The notes under the pieces were generated by a model, which saw only the letters and a program-made list of their open reading frames with translations, had not been told where the DNA came from and ran no database searches. Source: Nageia nagi (Eukaryota > Plantae > Pinophyta). Taken from it: a DNA stretch of 64,000 nt. The position numbers and the translations under genes were made by a program. The DNA lies in the NCBI GenBank assembly GCA_050084985.1, contig JBITNC010000001.1, positions 171,368,001 to 171,432,000 on the forward strand. Direction: 5' to 3'. Below, one piece after another: positions 1 to 14,827 of this stretch. Numbering within the stretch: position 1 is the first letter of the stretch; every line of letters begins with the position of its first letter.

Positions 1-845
1 AGTTGTATTTTAACTGATGCCCCTATTTGTGATAGTAGGTTAAATAGTAAAAATAGATTAAACCATATACTCTTTGAGTTTTTAATTATTGGATGCCATG
101 ATAGTTTAACATATGCTTGCTTGGCTTTTATTCATTTTTATGTTGGTATAATATTGGGATAAGGGTTGAGATTATTGACCCTAGCTAATATGCATCTTGA
201 CATTACTATAGCAGGTCAACAATACACAAATAGAACTACAACAATGGATACAAGATAAAAGATTAGGATTTAAAAAACATAATAAAATATAGAGGAAACA
301 TAGAGAATAGACAAAACATGAGTAGTTTAGATGACATAGCTATAGTGGATGAATAAGCAATGGGCCTAAAAACCCTAGACCACTATAAATACACAAACAC
401 CATATGCAATGTAATATCAATTTGATTTACCCAATTGAATAGGAATACATAAATATAGCAATTTTTATGATATGTAGTATTTGAATTATGTAAAAAAAAA
501 TTGATTTGATTATACCATAGGTTTTTTTTTCAAAATTTTACATCTACTAATCATCCATGAGTCATACAATTTGATTTGGAGGTCATCTATCTATCAAATG
601 ATTCCATAAATCATCTAGATGATTGTACAAGTCATCCAAAATTTGTACGAATAGGTCAACCTAGTCATCATCCATAAGGATGATTTTGACATAAAGCAAA
701 ATGACTAAAAAATTAAAAATGCAAACCTAGAAAAAAATACAACTAGACATCCTAGGTGAAATTTAGGATTGACTTAGACATAAAGACCATTGACATAGAA
801 GTAAACATGAAAACATTTCATACAAAGACTAACATCTTAAAATTT

Positions 846-3201
846 ATGCTAGATGAAAGTCAGGCATAAGTTTTGGTTGCTTTAGAAAGAGGTGCAGGCA
901 GTGCTAACACCTTTTAACTGGGCCTAGCTAGAGGTAGTGGGGCTCGTAAGAGCCACAAGGATTATTCCTATGAAGAGAGATACCTACTACATGATAGAGC
1001 TTAGAGAACACTTTGACCTAGACCATTATACCTTCCTTATCCTGATAAGGGATATGAAAGTCATTATGGAGGATATTTATAGGATATTGTGGGTGCCACT
1101 TGAGGGAGAGTAGGTGATGGTGGTGATAGATAGGGTGATGATTAGGCCCTACATAAGTGAGGGTTATTGAATATGGGACCTCATGAATGGAGGGGTACTT
1201 ATCACACCTATCTATCGATAGGGTCACCTCAGATGCAAGGAGGTGATGGCCATGCTTCTCATTCCATTTTTTATCTTACCAAATTTATTAAGACCTAGGT
1301 TCCCTTGGAAAATGTTTGGGGTGGTCACCAGGATGGTTCAAGAGAGCATAATATTTTCCTAGGGGCTAGTAGTGCTAGTGCAGTTCTATAAAGAGTTGGA
1401 AATGGCTACCAAAGAATGATGAGGCATCAGTACCTTGATCCTAATCTAAATGTGGGCTTGAGAGCATATTCATCCTAGGAGGTTGAATAGATTTCTTATC
1501 GATGTACATAGACCAAAGATGATAGGGGACATCCCCATAGTGGTAGGGATAAAGTTTCCATATGCTTGGTTCTAGGAGCATGAGTAGGAGATACTTAGAA
1601 TAATCCTTACAAGGGCCACACATATTAGTATCGAGACATGCTAACAGGGCTACAGTCAAAAGATATTGTCTATTAACCATATTAAGGGGATTGCATGGGT
1701 AGAGGATGTAGTACATCTAGCACATTCCTTTAATACCAAGCATGTTTAGGGTTGACATATGAGGGATGTTGAGATCTTAAGGTCTAAGAAGGTTTAGCAC
1801 TAGCACAGCCTAGTGCAGGATGTACCACCAGAGATAGCACTTTATGGCAAGGTAGATAAGGATACCCCAATGAGGCCAAGGTTAGCATATGTTGATTAAA
1901 ATGCAACACCTAATGCACCAATAGTCAAATAAATGGTTGATTATGTAGCCATCAAACCTAAATACAATGTATGGTGGGTCCCACTATAGGACTAGGTACC
2001 TACATGATTGATTGTATAGAGGAAGAGGGGTACACCTATTATATATCTATGGGCATTAGAGGGAGGATTCAACCAAGGTATCAAGGAGGAGGTATCCAAG
2101 AAGGTAATGGAGGAGGATGAGGGAGAAGGTGATAATTCCTAGGGTGATGATGAGGAGCATGAGGCTCCTAGGATGGAGGAGAAAATTCTAGAGTAGCCAG
2201 CTCAGGAAGGGGGAGAAGAGCCTAATGGTAGGATCCCATAGTTTAAGCTATAGGAGCTTAGGGACCCATATACCATAAAGCTCTAAGTAGAGCATGATGC
2301 TTTATAGACCTAACTAGATACCATCCAGGTGTAGCTAGTCATGACATAGACATAGCTACTAGGGAAGCAGGCTACTAAACTCATAAAAGAAGTAGCATAG
2401 GTGATAGCTAAGGTAGAGTGAGTAGTAGTAGTAGGGATCACGTACATACTACAAGTTTAGCTTGAGGTAGAGAAAATAGTAAGGGTGGTGGTAAAGGGCT
2501 AGGTCAAGACCCTATAGAGTGATATGCAAACATTGCTACTTATTTTTTTATAGTATCCAGGGAGAGGGATGCACTCAAAATGAAGGCTAAGGGGGGTGCA
2601 GGCCCATATGTAGAGGTTAGTACCTAAACTGACATTTTGCTCATAGCATTAGGTAATAAAGCTAAGGTATTTATAGACATTATGGTCTAAGAAGATCCAT
2701 AGGTGATAGTTATAGAGATGGGATCCTTAGTTGCTCCCAACAATATAGCCAAGCAATTGAGCTAGGTAGTAAATGAGGTAGACAAGGCCAATATCAAGGT
2801 GCTAGCTTGATGTAGATAATTAGTTTAGGAAAGACTAGTACATATTTACCTAGAGGCATGAAGGATGATGTATATAGTTAGGATCATGTCATGCAGTGTG
2901 GCATGAAGCTAGCATAGTAAGGGGTACTTGATGAGGAAGCTAGTGCCTCCATAGGTAGCAATGGTAGCAAAGACCACCATGACCAAAGAGACTAAGACAA
3001 CAAGTGATACGAGTATAGGTACAGGTGGACTCTTCAAGTGAGCCATTTCACATGTTACTAGGAGGTTTTTTAGACCACCATCCTTGATTGGATAGAGTGC
3101 AATGATAAATAAGAGCAGCTCAAAAGGAGCTCTCGTAGAGGGGCAGGGGAAGATGAGAACTCCCCTAGTCGATGCAAGAGGAGGGATGAACCCCCACCAT
3201 A
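846..3201 (+). pseudogene. Decayed plant mobile domain (PMD, aminotransferase-like) ORF, antisense to gag-pol, with acidic and coiled-coil-like C-terminal part
   Basis: Manual translation gives LREHFDLDHYTFLILIRDMKVIMEDIYRILWVPLEG (~1000-1107), FS*GLVVLVQFYKEL (~1355-1400) and LI*MWA*EHI (1441-1470). These match the PMD motifs LVERW..ETHTFHLP.GEMTITLEDV..ILGLP..G, YSWG.A.LA.LYR.L and LLQ.WAWER. ORF ends are approximate. Confidence 0.8.
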
Positions 3202-5839
3202 GGGGTGTGGATATATGATAGGAATTTATGTACTATTTTTGACTTCATGATGTAAGAGATTTTTATATGTTTATTTTGAGCTAGACACATGTGTTGACAT
3301 TGATATTTTATGATGGATATTTTATGATGCATTTATTTTGTATATATGCTAGACTCTATTTATGATTGAGACACATGGATGTAAATTGTTATGGATGATA
3401 ACTCATTTTTTACTTATATGATTATGTAACTTATGTACATGTTTATGAATGAATTTTATGGATGTATGTATGTATTTCATATGTTATAGATGAGACTATG
3501 TAAATGATTAAAATGAAACCTAAAAAAGACTTAAAAATGAACCCTTAAAATTGACCTAAAATGAAACTTAAAGGAACTTTTAAAATGAACCTAAAAGAAA
3601 GATTTCAAATGGACTAGCATGTTTAACCACATCACCTGGTAAAAAAATTTATATATTTAAACATACAAAGGAATAAATAAAATGACAAACACCAAATGAT
3701 CACTAATAAACAAGTGCAAAGGATAAATAATAAAATGACAAATAATAACAACTAAGGATAAATCATAAACAAACTCATATGACAACGCAGAATGATAAAA
3801 GAATGAATCAAAAGGTATAAAATTGACTTAAAAGAATGCTACAATATAAAAAATGGTATAAGACCATGGAATAAATGACCCAAAATACAAAATAGATGGA
3901 CCATGACTACATACAAACATAAAAAAGAGAGAAAAATAAGCCAAAATTTTTCCATAATAGCATGTAAAATGAGGTAGGGGTATATCGTAAGGATCCCCCT
4001 AATGTACTTGAATTACATGGATCATGACCAATACAAGCATAAACTAAGTTAGGATGCTACCAAAATGCAACCAAATTGGACCAAAATTGAAATAAAGCAA
4101 AAATGAAACTTTTGAAAAAGTGAAAAATAGCAAAATTTGATGAACCATAACAAACAATCATGCTAATGATTTGATGAAACATCTTGATAATATGATAAAT
4201 GGTTGTATGATCTAAATGTAGGATCAAATGGTTTGAAAATCGAAGGTCATTTGACCAATTTTTGAAATCAAAATAGGATACTTGGACTAGGGTGACAACC
4301 CTTCAGTGCTCATTGAAAATGCACTGTTACAAGTAGCCCTTGAAATGACTCACAAAAATCAATCAAATGATGAAACTAGACTATGAAAAGTGTCATGAAA
4401 ACCATGTTTATATCAATGATGGAATAGAAAAATATGGACTTGAAAATAAACATCATCTAATGCCCCAAAATGACAAATCAAACAATAAATGTTTACAAGG
4501 GTCAAATTTTAAGACCTTCATCCCTAAATCAAAATAGGTGACAAAACAATTACAAAAAGACTCAAAATGATACAACATGACATGATAAGACCTAATGAGA
4601 CAAAATATAACCAATTGATAAGCTTGGATCATAATGTAACCTAGGTTGACATGCTAAGGTGATTGTGTAGACAAGCATGAAGGTCAACTTTGGACTTGAA
4701 ACAAATGGGTGAGATCTGATAGAAAATGAATGAAACTAATTTTCAAGTGCTACTAGAATTAAAATGAAGCTAATGAAACTGACCATTCATCAAATCATCA
4801 AAGTTAGACTAGTCTATAAAAGGCAAAAGAAACCCATTTTTGATAGAACAATAAATGATGAAACATGATGAAAGCAAAAAAAATACGACAAAAGCACAAA
4901 TGACCATGAACATGACATCAAACAAACATGGAAGAGACATATAATGATAAAAAAATCTAAGGAGATCCACATCCATGAATTAATGCAATTCCATTCGTAT
5001 GGCATTTCCCTCAAAAATCATGATAGTCTACAGCTTGTTATCAATCCTAAGGGAATGATTCATCAAGAAACCCTATATGGTGATTGAGACCCAATTTGTT
5101 GTATCCTCATTGGGAATCTATGGATCATGTATGGTGACAAGTGACATAGATGGACATGTGAAAATGTCGATGATGGGTTCTTTACATAAGAAGAATACAA
5201 AGGATCGAATAAAACAAATAAGATAAATAAGAACAACAATGCAATACAAACAAGGTAAAATGCCAACAAACACTAACAACTTATTCCATCTAATTTGTGT
5301 TAGGCTTGACCTCCATGCATGTCCAAGAATGTTCTTGCTTTGTCACGGAATGAAGATAATATCCAATAGCTTCAACTTAGATGAGGACAAAGAGCGAGGG
5401 AGAGAACATGATAGATGCAAGAGATGATAAAAGAGAGCAATGATACGATGATACAAGGACTAATATGTGATGGGGATATGAGTGAATGGTGGCCTCCATG
5501 TATCCCAAAAAGGCAGGGTGTCACAAAAATTGGAGAACCAACTAAGTATTGACATCCAAAGACACGATAAAAAAGGAAACAAAGTGGTGAAACAAAAGAA
5601 GTGTTACACACACCTAAGCCTATGGAAATGGCTGCATGTAAGCCATTCCTCAAAACTTAGGGTAAGATACATAATTAACTAGATTAGGATAACATACTAT
5701 GATAAATAAAATAAAGATGATTAGATAAAATGCAAGCATAAACAAACTAAACTAATAAACTAAGGAAAAACACACACAAAGATAAATAAAGCAAGAAAAA
5801 CTAAATGTAGAATGCACAAATATGGAGGATGTTGATAGG

Positions 5840-6960
5840 ATCCATATCCTCCCTTCCCTCTAAATATTTCAAATGATAAGTGCTTGTGCTAAATTTCTTC
5901 TTGACTATATAAGGCACTAACCAATTTGGTGCAAACTTATCTCTAAGCAACCTCTCAAGATATGATTGTTATTGATTTTCCTTAAGTACTAGGTCATCAA
6001 TTTTGAGCTCTCTTAGGTAGACCTTTTTTAATGTATATTCACTTCAACCTCTCTTGATATACCTTATGATGTTGGATGCCATTGACCCATCTCTCATAAA
6101 GAAGGGTAAGCTGGTCTAACTAAGTTTGGCTAGCATCCTTATGTGGAATGAGGCCTTGTAATTAAACTCTTAGAGATGGGATTTCTAGCTCAAGGGGCAT
6201 GATTACTTCAGCACCAAAGACTAATGAGAAATGGGTAGCTCCCATAAAGATCCTAATGCTAGTCTAATAGGCCCATAAAGCACAAGAGAGACACTCATTC
6301 CAATTTCTATGGTTTTCATTAACCAACTTTTTCAGAATGGTGATAATGATTTTATTAAATGCTTTCATTTGACCATTACCCTAGGGATAGTACGATGTAG
6401 AGAAGGAATGATAAATAGTATAACCATTGCATAATGCCATAATATGTTGATTCTTGAATGGTGTCCCATTATCCAATATAATTTTATGTGGGATGCTAAA
6501 GTGAAAAGTGATATGGGTATCAATAAAATTGGTGATCTTGGGACCAATTGTAGACACAAGTGCCTTTGCCTCAACCTACTTGGTGAAGTGGTTAGTGGTG
6601 GTGATTATAAACTTATGTACACCTAAATAGGTAGTTACAAAATTGAGTTAACTACTTGAGAAGGAAGATGTTATAGATTAGAATGTTGTTCATACTTAAT
6701 GTACTTTTTGACATATTCTTGACAATCCTTTTCCATAATTGGCCAATAACATCTTAATTGGATAATGCATTTAGCAATGTACATTCCATTTAAATGTACA
6801 CCATAGATACCATCATGACAAGTCTATATAGCAATTTGTTGGTCACAAAGCTCTAAACATGAAAGGAGGACACCATCATATGATCATTTGTAAACCACAT
6901 CCCCTAGCATGGCATATCGAGGTGCCTTTTTCTTAAATATTATTTTCTCACTAGTTGATA
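5840..6960 (-). pseudogene. Gypsy integrase (zinc-binding, core, GPY/F-like tail), decayed
   Basis: KFAPNWLVPYIVKKKF tail near 5890-5940; ALWAY*TSIR..GATHFSLVFGAEVIMP-type segment near 6200-6290. Confidence 0.8.
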
Positions 6961-7149
6961 GGTTGGTAGGTGTGGCATTCCACTTAATATATTCATGCAA
7001 TTGCTTATACCATAAATCATGATGCTCAATAGTGATCTCATTGACTAAAACTAGAGATAGTGCCTAGGGTAATGATGACTTACGAGTAGACTCCTTCAAG
7101 GTTAGAATCTCGACATGTTGAATATGCCTATTAGGATTAGGAGGGATAA

Positions 7150-9030
7150 ATAATCCTAAGGATTACATAATGTACAAAAATCAATTAGATGACCTAGTAT
7201 CCATCTCAATCCTATAGGCTTTAAATAAATTAAGCAACTTCAATGCTAGATCTCTATAAGTCTTCAAAAGATCATTATGAAATTGATAAGTGTCTGAGAT
7301 CTGATTCAGTATCAACTAATAATCACCATAGATAAGAAATAATTCAAATTTGAGCTCTAGGTATTCCTTAAGACCCAAGATAAGTGCCTCATACTCTGCA
7401 TTATTATTAGTGTACAAAAAATATAGCATAAAGGAAAATGGGATGGGTACAACCTAGGAAGTGAAGAAGATAACTCCAGCCCCTCCCTCTTGTTCACACT
7501 TTGACCCATAAAAGTACATAGTCATATCATAGTCTTCCTAAGTTTCCACTACCTCCTTAATCTTGTTAACTTTACAAAAAACTTTATCAAGGAGGGTGAT
7601 CTCAAGAGGGGTAGTTTCCCAAATAGGAGCCTCTAGTAGTTGATCTGCTATGACCTGACCCTTAATAGATTTAAGACTAATAAAGATAAGTTCAAACTTG
7701 GAAAATAACATGATCCATTTAGTGTTACATGTATTATTATACACCTTAATCATCACTTATTTCAATGGATCAACCTTAGATATGATATAGGATGTATGAT
7801 TCAGCATATAATATCTCAACTTATTAGCAATAAAGATAAGTGCAAGGCAAACTTTCTCAATGTAGAAATCCTTAAGCGTACAACTAAGATAATATATGGC
7901 TTGCTCCTTGGCCTAATCATTTTTCTATGCAAGCATGATTCCTAGGGTTAAGTTAGTGTCTAAAGATATAAGTGAAAGGTGACACCATCTCTAGGTGGAA
8001 TGAGAACTGGAGGATTGAGCAAGTATTATTTAATATCATTAAAAGCCTTTTGAAAACTCTCATTCCAATCAAATGTTATCCCCTTCTTAAGGAGCTCATT
8101 AAGAAAATGACATTTATCAAACAACTAATCTATAAATCATCTGATAGCTTGAATTTTTTCCTAAATACTCCTTAAAGTCTTGATGTCATTTGGTGAAGGC
8201 ACACTAGTTATAGTTGTGACTTTATTAGGGTCAACTTTTGTGCCTATTTTAGAAATGATGAACCCTAGTAACTTGTCTAATGTGATGCTAAGATTAATTT
8301 GATATTATGCTTAAGTAACCTTTGGAAGACCTTTTCTAAGACTTCCCAATGTTGATCTCTTGTTCTATATTTGGATAATAATTCATCCACATAGTCCTCC
8401 ACGATGTCATGCATCAGTCATGAAAAACATAGGTCATGGATTGTTGATAGGTGGCACCAAAATTCTTAAGTTCAAAAGGCATGACCTTATAGTAATAAGT
8501 CCCTCAATGTGTGGTAAATATAATCTAATGTTGGTCATATAAGGTGACCCAAATCTAATTATAGCTTAAGAAGCCATCCATGAGGGATAACATCTCATAT
8601 CCTACCATATTGTCAACTAGTGTATCTATGTTAGGCAATGGAAATTTGTATTTCAAACAAGCTGCATTAAGATCTCTAAAATTTGTACAAACTCTAAGAT
8701 GACCTTCAGGATTCCAATAAGGACCACATTAGATGCCCATTGAGAATAGTTAATAGAATGGATGAACTTGGCCTGTAAAAATTTTTGAATTTCCTCTTTG
8801 ATTTAAATTGACTTTATAGGATCAACCCTCCTAATTTTTTGCTTGATAGGCTTAGCATTCGGATGAGTAACAATATTTTGGACTACAATGTTGGGATCCA
8901 TACTTGGTATGTCCTTATAAATGTAAGAAAATACCTGAGCATACTTCTTCAATATTTTAGTTCCCTTTACTCTTTTTGAATTGTTTAATATATCCCCTAA
9001 GTAGACCATCTCAAGGTTCATAGGATCCTC
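7150..9030 (-). pseudogene. Gypsy RT, RNaseH and additional archaeal-type RNaseH, decayed
   Basis: ORF 8803-9021 (VFSYIYKDIPSMDPNIVVQNIVTHPNAKPIKQKIRR); RVCTNFRDLNAAC near 8660-8700; ORF 7538-7756 (KWIMLFSKFELIFISLKSIKGQVIADQL); TNNNAEYEALILGL near 7375-7415. Confidence 0.85.
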
Positions 9031-10359
9031 ATCAATATTAACCTCGACTAACTTTTTGATGTGTATGTGGGATCCATATTCTAACTAATTCAATATGGGA
9101 AGATATTCATAATCATCTTATTCTAAAATATTGATGAAAGAAGCTGAATTAGATGAGCTGAACTTGTAAAATCAATTAGAATAAAAAGAGGCATCACATA
9201 AAATTAAAAAAATAGACCCGACAAAGGCAAAGAGAGATCCATGGATAAAGGAATGATAGAATTGTATAAGGTGAAATCCAAAAGAGGTACAAAAGGAGAT
9301 GGACCATAAACAAATACCATTGAAACATCAAGGGAAGGACTAATTGAAGGTTCATGGAAGAAATTGTCTAGGATGGAACACTCTAAAGCCTAAGGACTCG
9401 ATGTCATATTTTTCATGTTCCACATCCTCTAATAGAAGATTAAGATAGAAAAACTATTCTTCCATGGGTTTGAGTTTAGTGCCACAAAACCCTAAACCAT
9501 GCTTATCTTGGTTGGATTGAAATGGAATCAAAAAAGCATGAACTTCTCCCTAATCATATTTGCCTAAGCCATACCCTTGCCACTTCCATTTGGAAAAGAG
9601 TTTATGCACTAATTCAAGACACAAAAGATATTCTATTTTGGTGAAAAATTTATCCTTGAGACAATTCTCAAGAGTAATGTCCTAGATTAATCCACACCTA
9701 CTTAAATAAAGAAATATAGGTTTAAAGATGAGCCTAGTGGGATGAGAGAATCAGGACTAAGTAGGGATTTTGAAGGTCTCCCCAAGTATTCTACAAAGGG
9801 AATATGAAAAAGCACATCATTAATATGATATCCCCCCTTTCTGGTGCATTCATACTTAATGATTTCAAAAGATGGTGAAATGACCAAGTTAATAAGATGT
9901 TGGTTAAGAGGATTGGGATCAACCAAAGAGGAAAAGGGCTCATATTACTAAGACAAATCAAAGACTAGATAAGAGGAAGACACATGGAACTAATTTGGTG
10001 GAGGTACTGTAAGATATGATGGCCCATCACTTCTAGATATGGGCACAAAATGTATCTAAAAAATGGAATAAGGTCATGCAAATACTCAGGTGACTTACCT
10101 CTATAATGTATAAAGGGATCCATGCCTAAGAGTGATGAAGAGGATGGTTATGAGGAAAAAGCATAAAGAATGAAAGATAAAGTCAAACATGAAGGTTCTT
10201 ATGAAAGAGATGACATCGAGTGAGGATGATCATTAATGAGAATGGTGAAGGGAAAAAGCTGCCCAAATGGCATTTGAGGGGACCTAAGGGAGAAAGCCAA
10301 GTTTCAATGGCTAAAAGGGTTTGGGTTGCCTAAAATAAAATGGACCATTTTGTGTTGTA

Positions 10360-13300
10360 GATACTTTAGACATCTATGAAAAGTCGATGGAACTACCTCC
10401 ATGTCTTCTATGTGTGGTTAACCTAAAAGTAAATTATACTATATTTCACCCTCAACCACATGACATGTAGCTATAATATCTCTAACTCCAACCTTCATTG
10501 GAACAATAATTGTGAACATTTTCATTACCAAAGTGTTGTTAAAGACCCTAATTGTAAGTGTGGGAGCATTCAAGAACTTGATAGGGACCTTTAATATCTT
10601 AATTTCCATGAATAATATTGCATTAATATCTAACCTTTTGTCTACTAGCACTCTTTTTTATGGATGATAATCCACATAGGAAATAATATACAAAGCAGGA
10701 TGCTTTGGCTTATCAAGATGAGAATGCTAAATCTTGTCCTAAAATAAAGTGATTCTGGGCCTAGTAGCACTCTTAAAAACCCCTATAAAGCCCCAAAATA
10801 ATTAGTATTGTTACCATCCAACTCAATATCCCTCAAGATACTATTCAAAGTGTTCCTATGTTTAGAATATTATTGTAATAAGTCCCATAAGGAAAGCTTT
10901 TTTTGGGTGGTCCAAAGCTACTATTCCAACTATGTTTGTATGGTCATGGTGGCTCTAGGAGGTTGTGTTTGAATTTGTACTTGAAGTTGATGTAACATTT
11001 TTTGAATTCTTGCATCCCTAAAGGAAGGAGGAGGTGCTCTATCATTACCTCAACCTATCTTGGTAGTGACCCCAATCATATTATTATCATGTACCTCTAC
11101 AATCTAGTATGCCAAAGGTGGATCCATGACACCTATAGACTCAAAGTATGGGGCTATATCAATGCCACTACAAAGGAAAAATATGAATATCTATCAGTGA
11201 AGCCCATGAATTCATTATTTTGTCTTAGATTATAATCATTAATGACCTATTATGTCAGCTCTAATGAGATTTGATTAATAGTAATGTTGTGTCTAGGAAA
11301 GGGATCTTGAAATACACCCAATTTCAATTGGGTTAGGCCATTGAATTTCCTATTGACACTTTCCCATTGTATGTTAGCCTCTTAATAGTGTTCCTTAATT
11401 TATTGCACTTATTTGTGTCATGTCCTTTCTATCTATGATAAATTCAATATTCATTATCCTTATACCATGTTAGTTTCTCCCAATTAGGATCTTCTAGTTT
11501 GATTTTGGGAAGATTTATCAATTGTGCATTTAGGATTTTCTTCAAAACTTCCTCAATAGGTTCAACCAAAGGCATCCAAGGTTTACATGGAACTAGCTGT
11601 CAAGATTGCCTAGGTTTGTAATCATCTTGTTGATTCTTCTTATCATTATTTTTCCTAGGTATTTATGTAGCTTGTGTTTGTGGATGTGGATTTTCCCTAA
11701 GTGGTTATGGAGGAGCCAATTGAATCACTAAATGCATTTGTAAGACCTTATGAGAAACTTGATTACTTTAAAAATTTTGATATGAAGTACTAGGGTTATT
11801 TCCATTATTGCAGTACTTTGAATTATTGTTCTCTTTCTTTCTTAGTTTTATTTCTCCACATTGAATCTTAGCCTCTTCTATTAACTTGGATTGAGCTAAC
11901 ACCTACTCAAAGGTGCGATGTTTTTGAATTTTGAGGATGGAATATATATGCTTATTACATCTCCTAGAGAAAAATATGACCAATTCTTCTTATGGTAAAG
12001 TATAGGGCATATTTATGAAAATGGCTCTCCACCTACATACATAATCTGAAATGGACTCATCCTCAAATTGTGAAAGTTTTTCCAAGTCTGTAATGGATGC
12101 TCATTTATGTATGTTGATGGAAAAAGGATCTAATAACTTTTCATCTAATTGTTCAACAAAATAAATGTTATGCTATGGGATATTGTTATACCAATCTAAA
12201 TCCTATCCCACTAGTGTCATGGTGAAGGTCCTAAGCATGAGTACATTATCATTACTAATAATGTAACATGAGTACTTAAACTTTCAAAGGTACTCCTTAA
12301 GATATTCCTTTCCTCTGAACTTGTCTATTTTAATTATCTCAAACTTATAAGAAAAGGTTTTCATTGGTACACTTAGATGAATAGGCTCATTACAAATTGA
12401 GATGTATGAAAACTTGGCCTTTCCATGTTCACTGACTTTAAGCTCCATGTCTTCCAACCTCTTTAAGATCTCATCATTAACTATGAGAGGTTGGGTGTTA
12501 ACTATAGCTTCCTATTTTAGTATGATGCTGATAGGTTGGCCATCATACTAATCATATTGGTCATGCAAATCATCATAATATGGATCCTAATCTTTTTTGT
12601 AGGACTTCTCATAACTAGGCAATGTATCAGATTGTACCTTTGGTCCAACATTTGGAGGATTTCAACCCAAAACCCCTCTATTCAATGGAGGCTACAACTC
12701 ATGATAAACAAAAAATAAAATGAGACAATGCAAAGAGGCTTGGGAATGATGAGATGATTCATCATACCCAGAATCAAAGTAGGGTACGGGGAAAATAGGA
12801 TGGGCATATGCATGATGAGGATCTATAACCTAATGTGTTTGTACCTTTTGGGATGGCACCACCATATGATAAGAAGATGAATAATGCAGTTATGGTGGTA
12901 GATCAATTAGGAATGAGGAAGGCCCATATCCTAAATAGACTCTAGATTGATTGATTGGTTGTGAACAAGAGATAGGAAAAGGGGATAGGCTAGGAAAGAT
13001 AGGATGAGAACTAACATGATGAATTGGCTTAGTATCATACACAGGAAGAGACACAAGCTGATGATTAGGTTTGTTTGTAATATGGGTATCATCATAGTAA
13101 TACCCAACCTAATATTTAGGAGGTATAGGAGTCTTATGGTACACAAAAACAAGAAGCTCAAGATTGACAAGATGCAAAGGTGGAGGCCTAGGCAGTCCAC
13201 CTAAAGGAGGATGTCAAGGCCCATGAGAAGATTGAAATGCAAAGGATATAGGATGAAAAAGGGTTGATTATGTGATGCACCAATATATGGGAGTGACCTA

Positions 13301-13970
13301 GGTCATAGCAAGGGTTCCTCATGATATGAAATCTTGAGAGGCTTATCAATGATGTATCATGCAATAGGATGAAGAGGAAATGACCTCAAAATGGAAGATA
13401 AAGAGGCATGCTTTATATGACCATATGACATCTCTCCATCATATAGATAAACCCTAGGTTGAGGGACATATATTATGGGAGGTGGATGAGGTAAAGGATA
13501 CCTATCAAGTACATATAAATGGAAACCCTAAGCCTCCTAAAACTATCTATATAAAGGATGGAAATGAAGGTGGATAGAACTAGGTTGTAATCTAGACACA
13601 TGATAATCTAAATCACATTGCGAGACATGGTAAGGATCATCCTGAGGGGGATATACTTGAAGGTGTGTGGAGGGTCTCTATATGGAATGGTGATACTCTA
13701 TCCTATATAAGCTAGCCCTACAAGGCATCACACAATCTCACCCTTCCTATAGAGGGGTAGCCTCGATGAAATGAAACCTTGCTAAAGTCTTTCTAAATGA
13801 AGGATAGGGTGAAGTTGTAATGGGCTCATGTGTAGGTGAATTATGGGGTGTGTGTGACCTACTATGAAATAACTATTAAGGGGAGAGAGGATGTGATTTA
13901 TTTAATTGGTTAGCTCATTCCTCTTCTTATAACTCTCTAGCCCTATGTTGAGCTCTAATATCAACCATAT
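10360..13970 (-). pseudogene. Gypsy gag and aspartic protease, decayed
   Basis: ORF 10439-10651 is protease-like (LVDKRLDINAI), followed by YNLLLG*PHIEDMEVVPSTFHRCLK. CxxH..GH..C zinc-knuckle remnant near 11400-11450, retrotransposon gag core near 11900-12400, Pro-rich N-terminus. Confidence 0.7.
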
Positions 13971-14827
13971 GAACATGCTAGGGATTTTTGTCCCTAAAAG
14001 GTGCACACAATATGGTAACAAAGGTGGAATAGGATAGATAAAACAAGAACTCTAAGCAAACCCAAATAATACAATGAAATGAAATAATGCTTAAAGCAAT
14101 TAATCACCAAGCAAAGAGCCTAGAATTTTGTTAAAGATCTTATTTAATGTAAATGCACTTAACACCAAGCAGCCTATATGATCACTTCAAAGAAAAATTC
14201 AATGATAAGTAGTTGTGATAGATAGCAGTTGTGTTTATCTTGTTTAGTTGCTTCTTGTTCAATTTTAGGTATTATATTTATAGTGAATAATTTTAAATGC
14301 AATTATAAATTTCAACTCTTTTAGTTTTCCTAGAGATGTATCTAGTCAAGCATTTTTGGATATGGTTCAATCTCTAGAGGGTGAATCGTTTACAAGGGTG
14401 TCTCAAGTACCCATGTTCACACTCCTCATGAATAGGGAGGGATCCCACCTTCATGATGAAATACAAGTATGGGTTGGGTCATGGGCATCACTTCCACATA
14501 CCCTAGTCACTCCCTAGGCTTATGATGGACTTTTAGTACAATAAGAAAATATGAGATGCAATCCTAGGATGGTAATGCAATGCAATTACACCTCCCAAAT
14601 AATTTCTTTTCAAAATAAAATCCAAGGCACTCCCACCCAAAGGATGCTAAAGCACTAAAATTTTCCTTTTTCTTTTCAAATAAAAGATAATGCCAAGATG
14701 GTAATTATTTTGAATGCACCAAACAATCAACAAAGAATCCCCAAAATAGAAAGGAAACCCTTGTTTAAGATGTAAATTTTAAGCACCATTAACATTTCTA
14801 ATTGTATGTACCAATCCCACACCAAAA

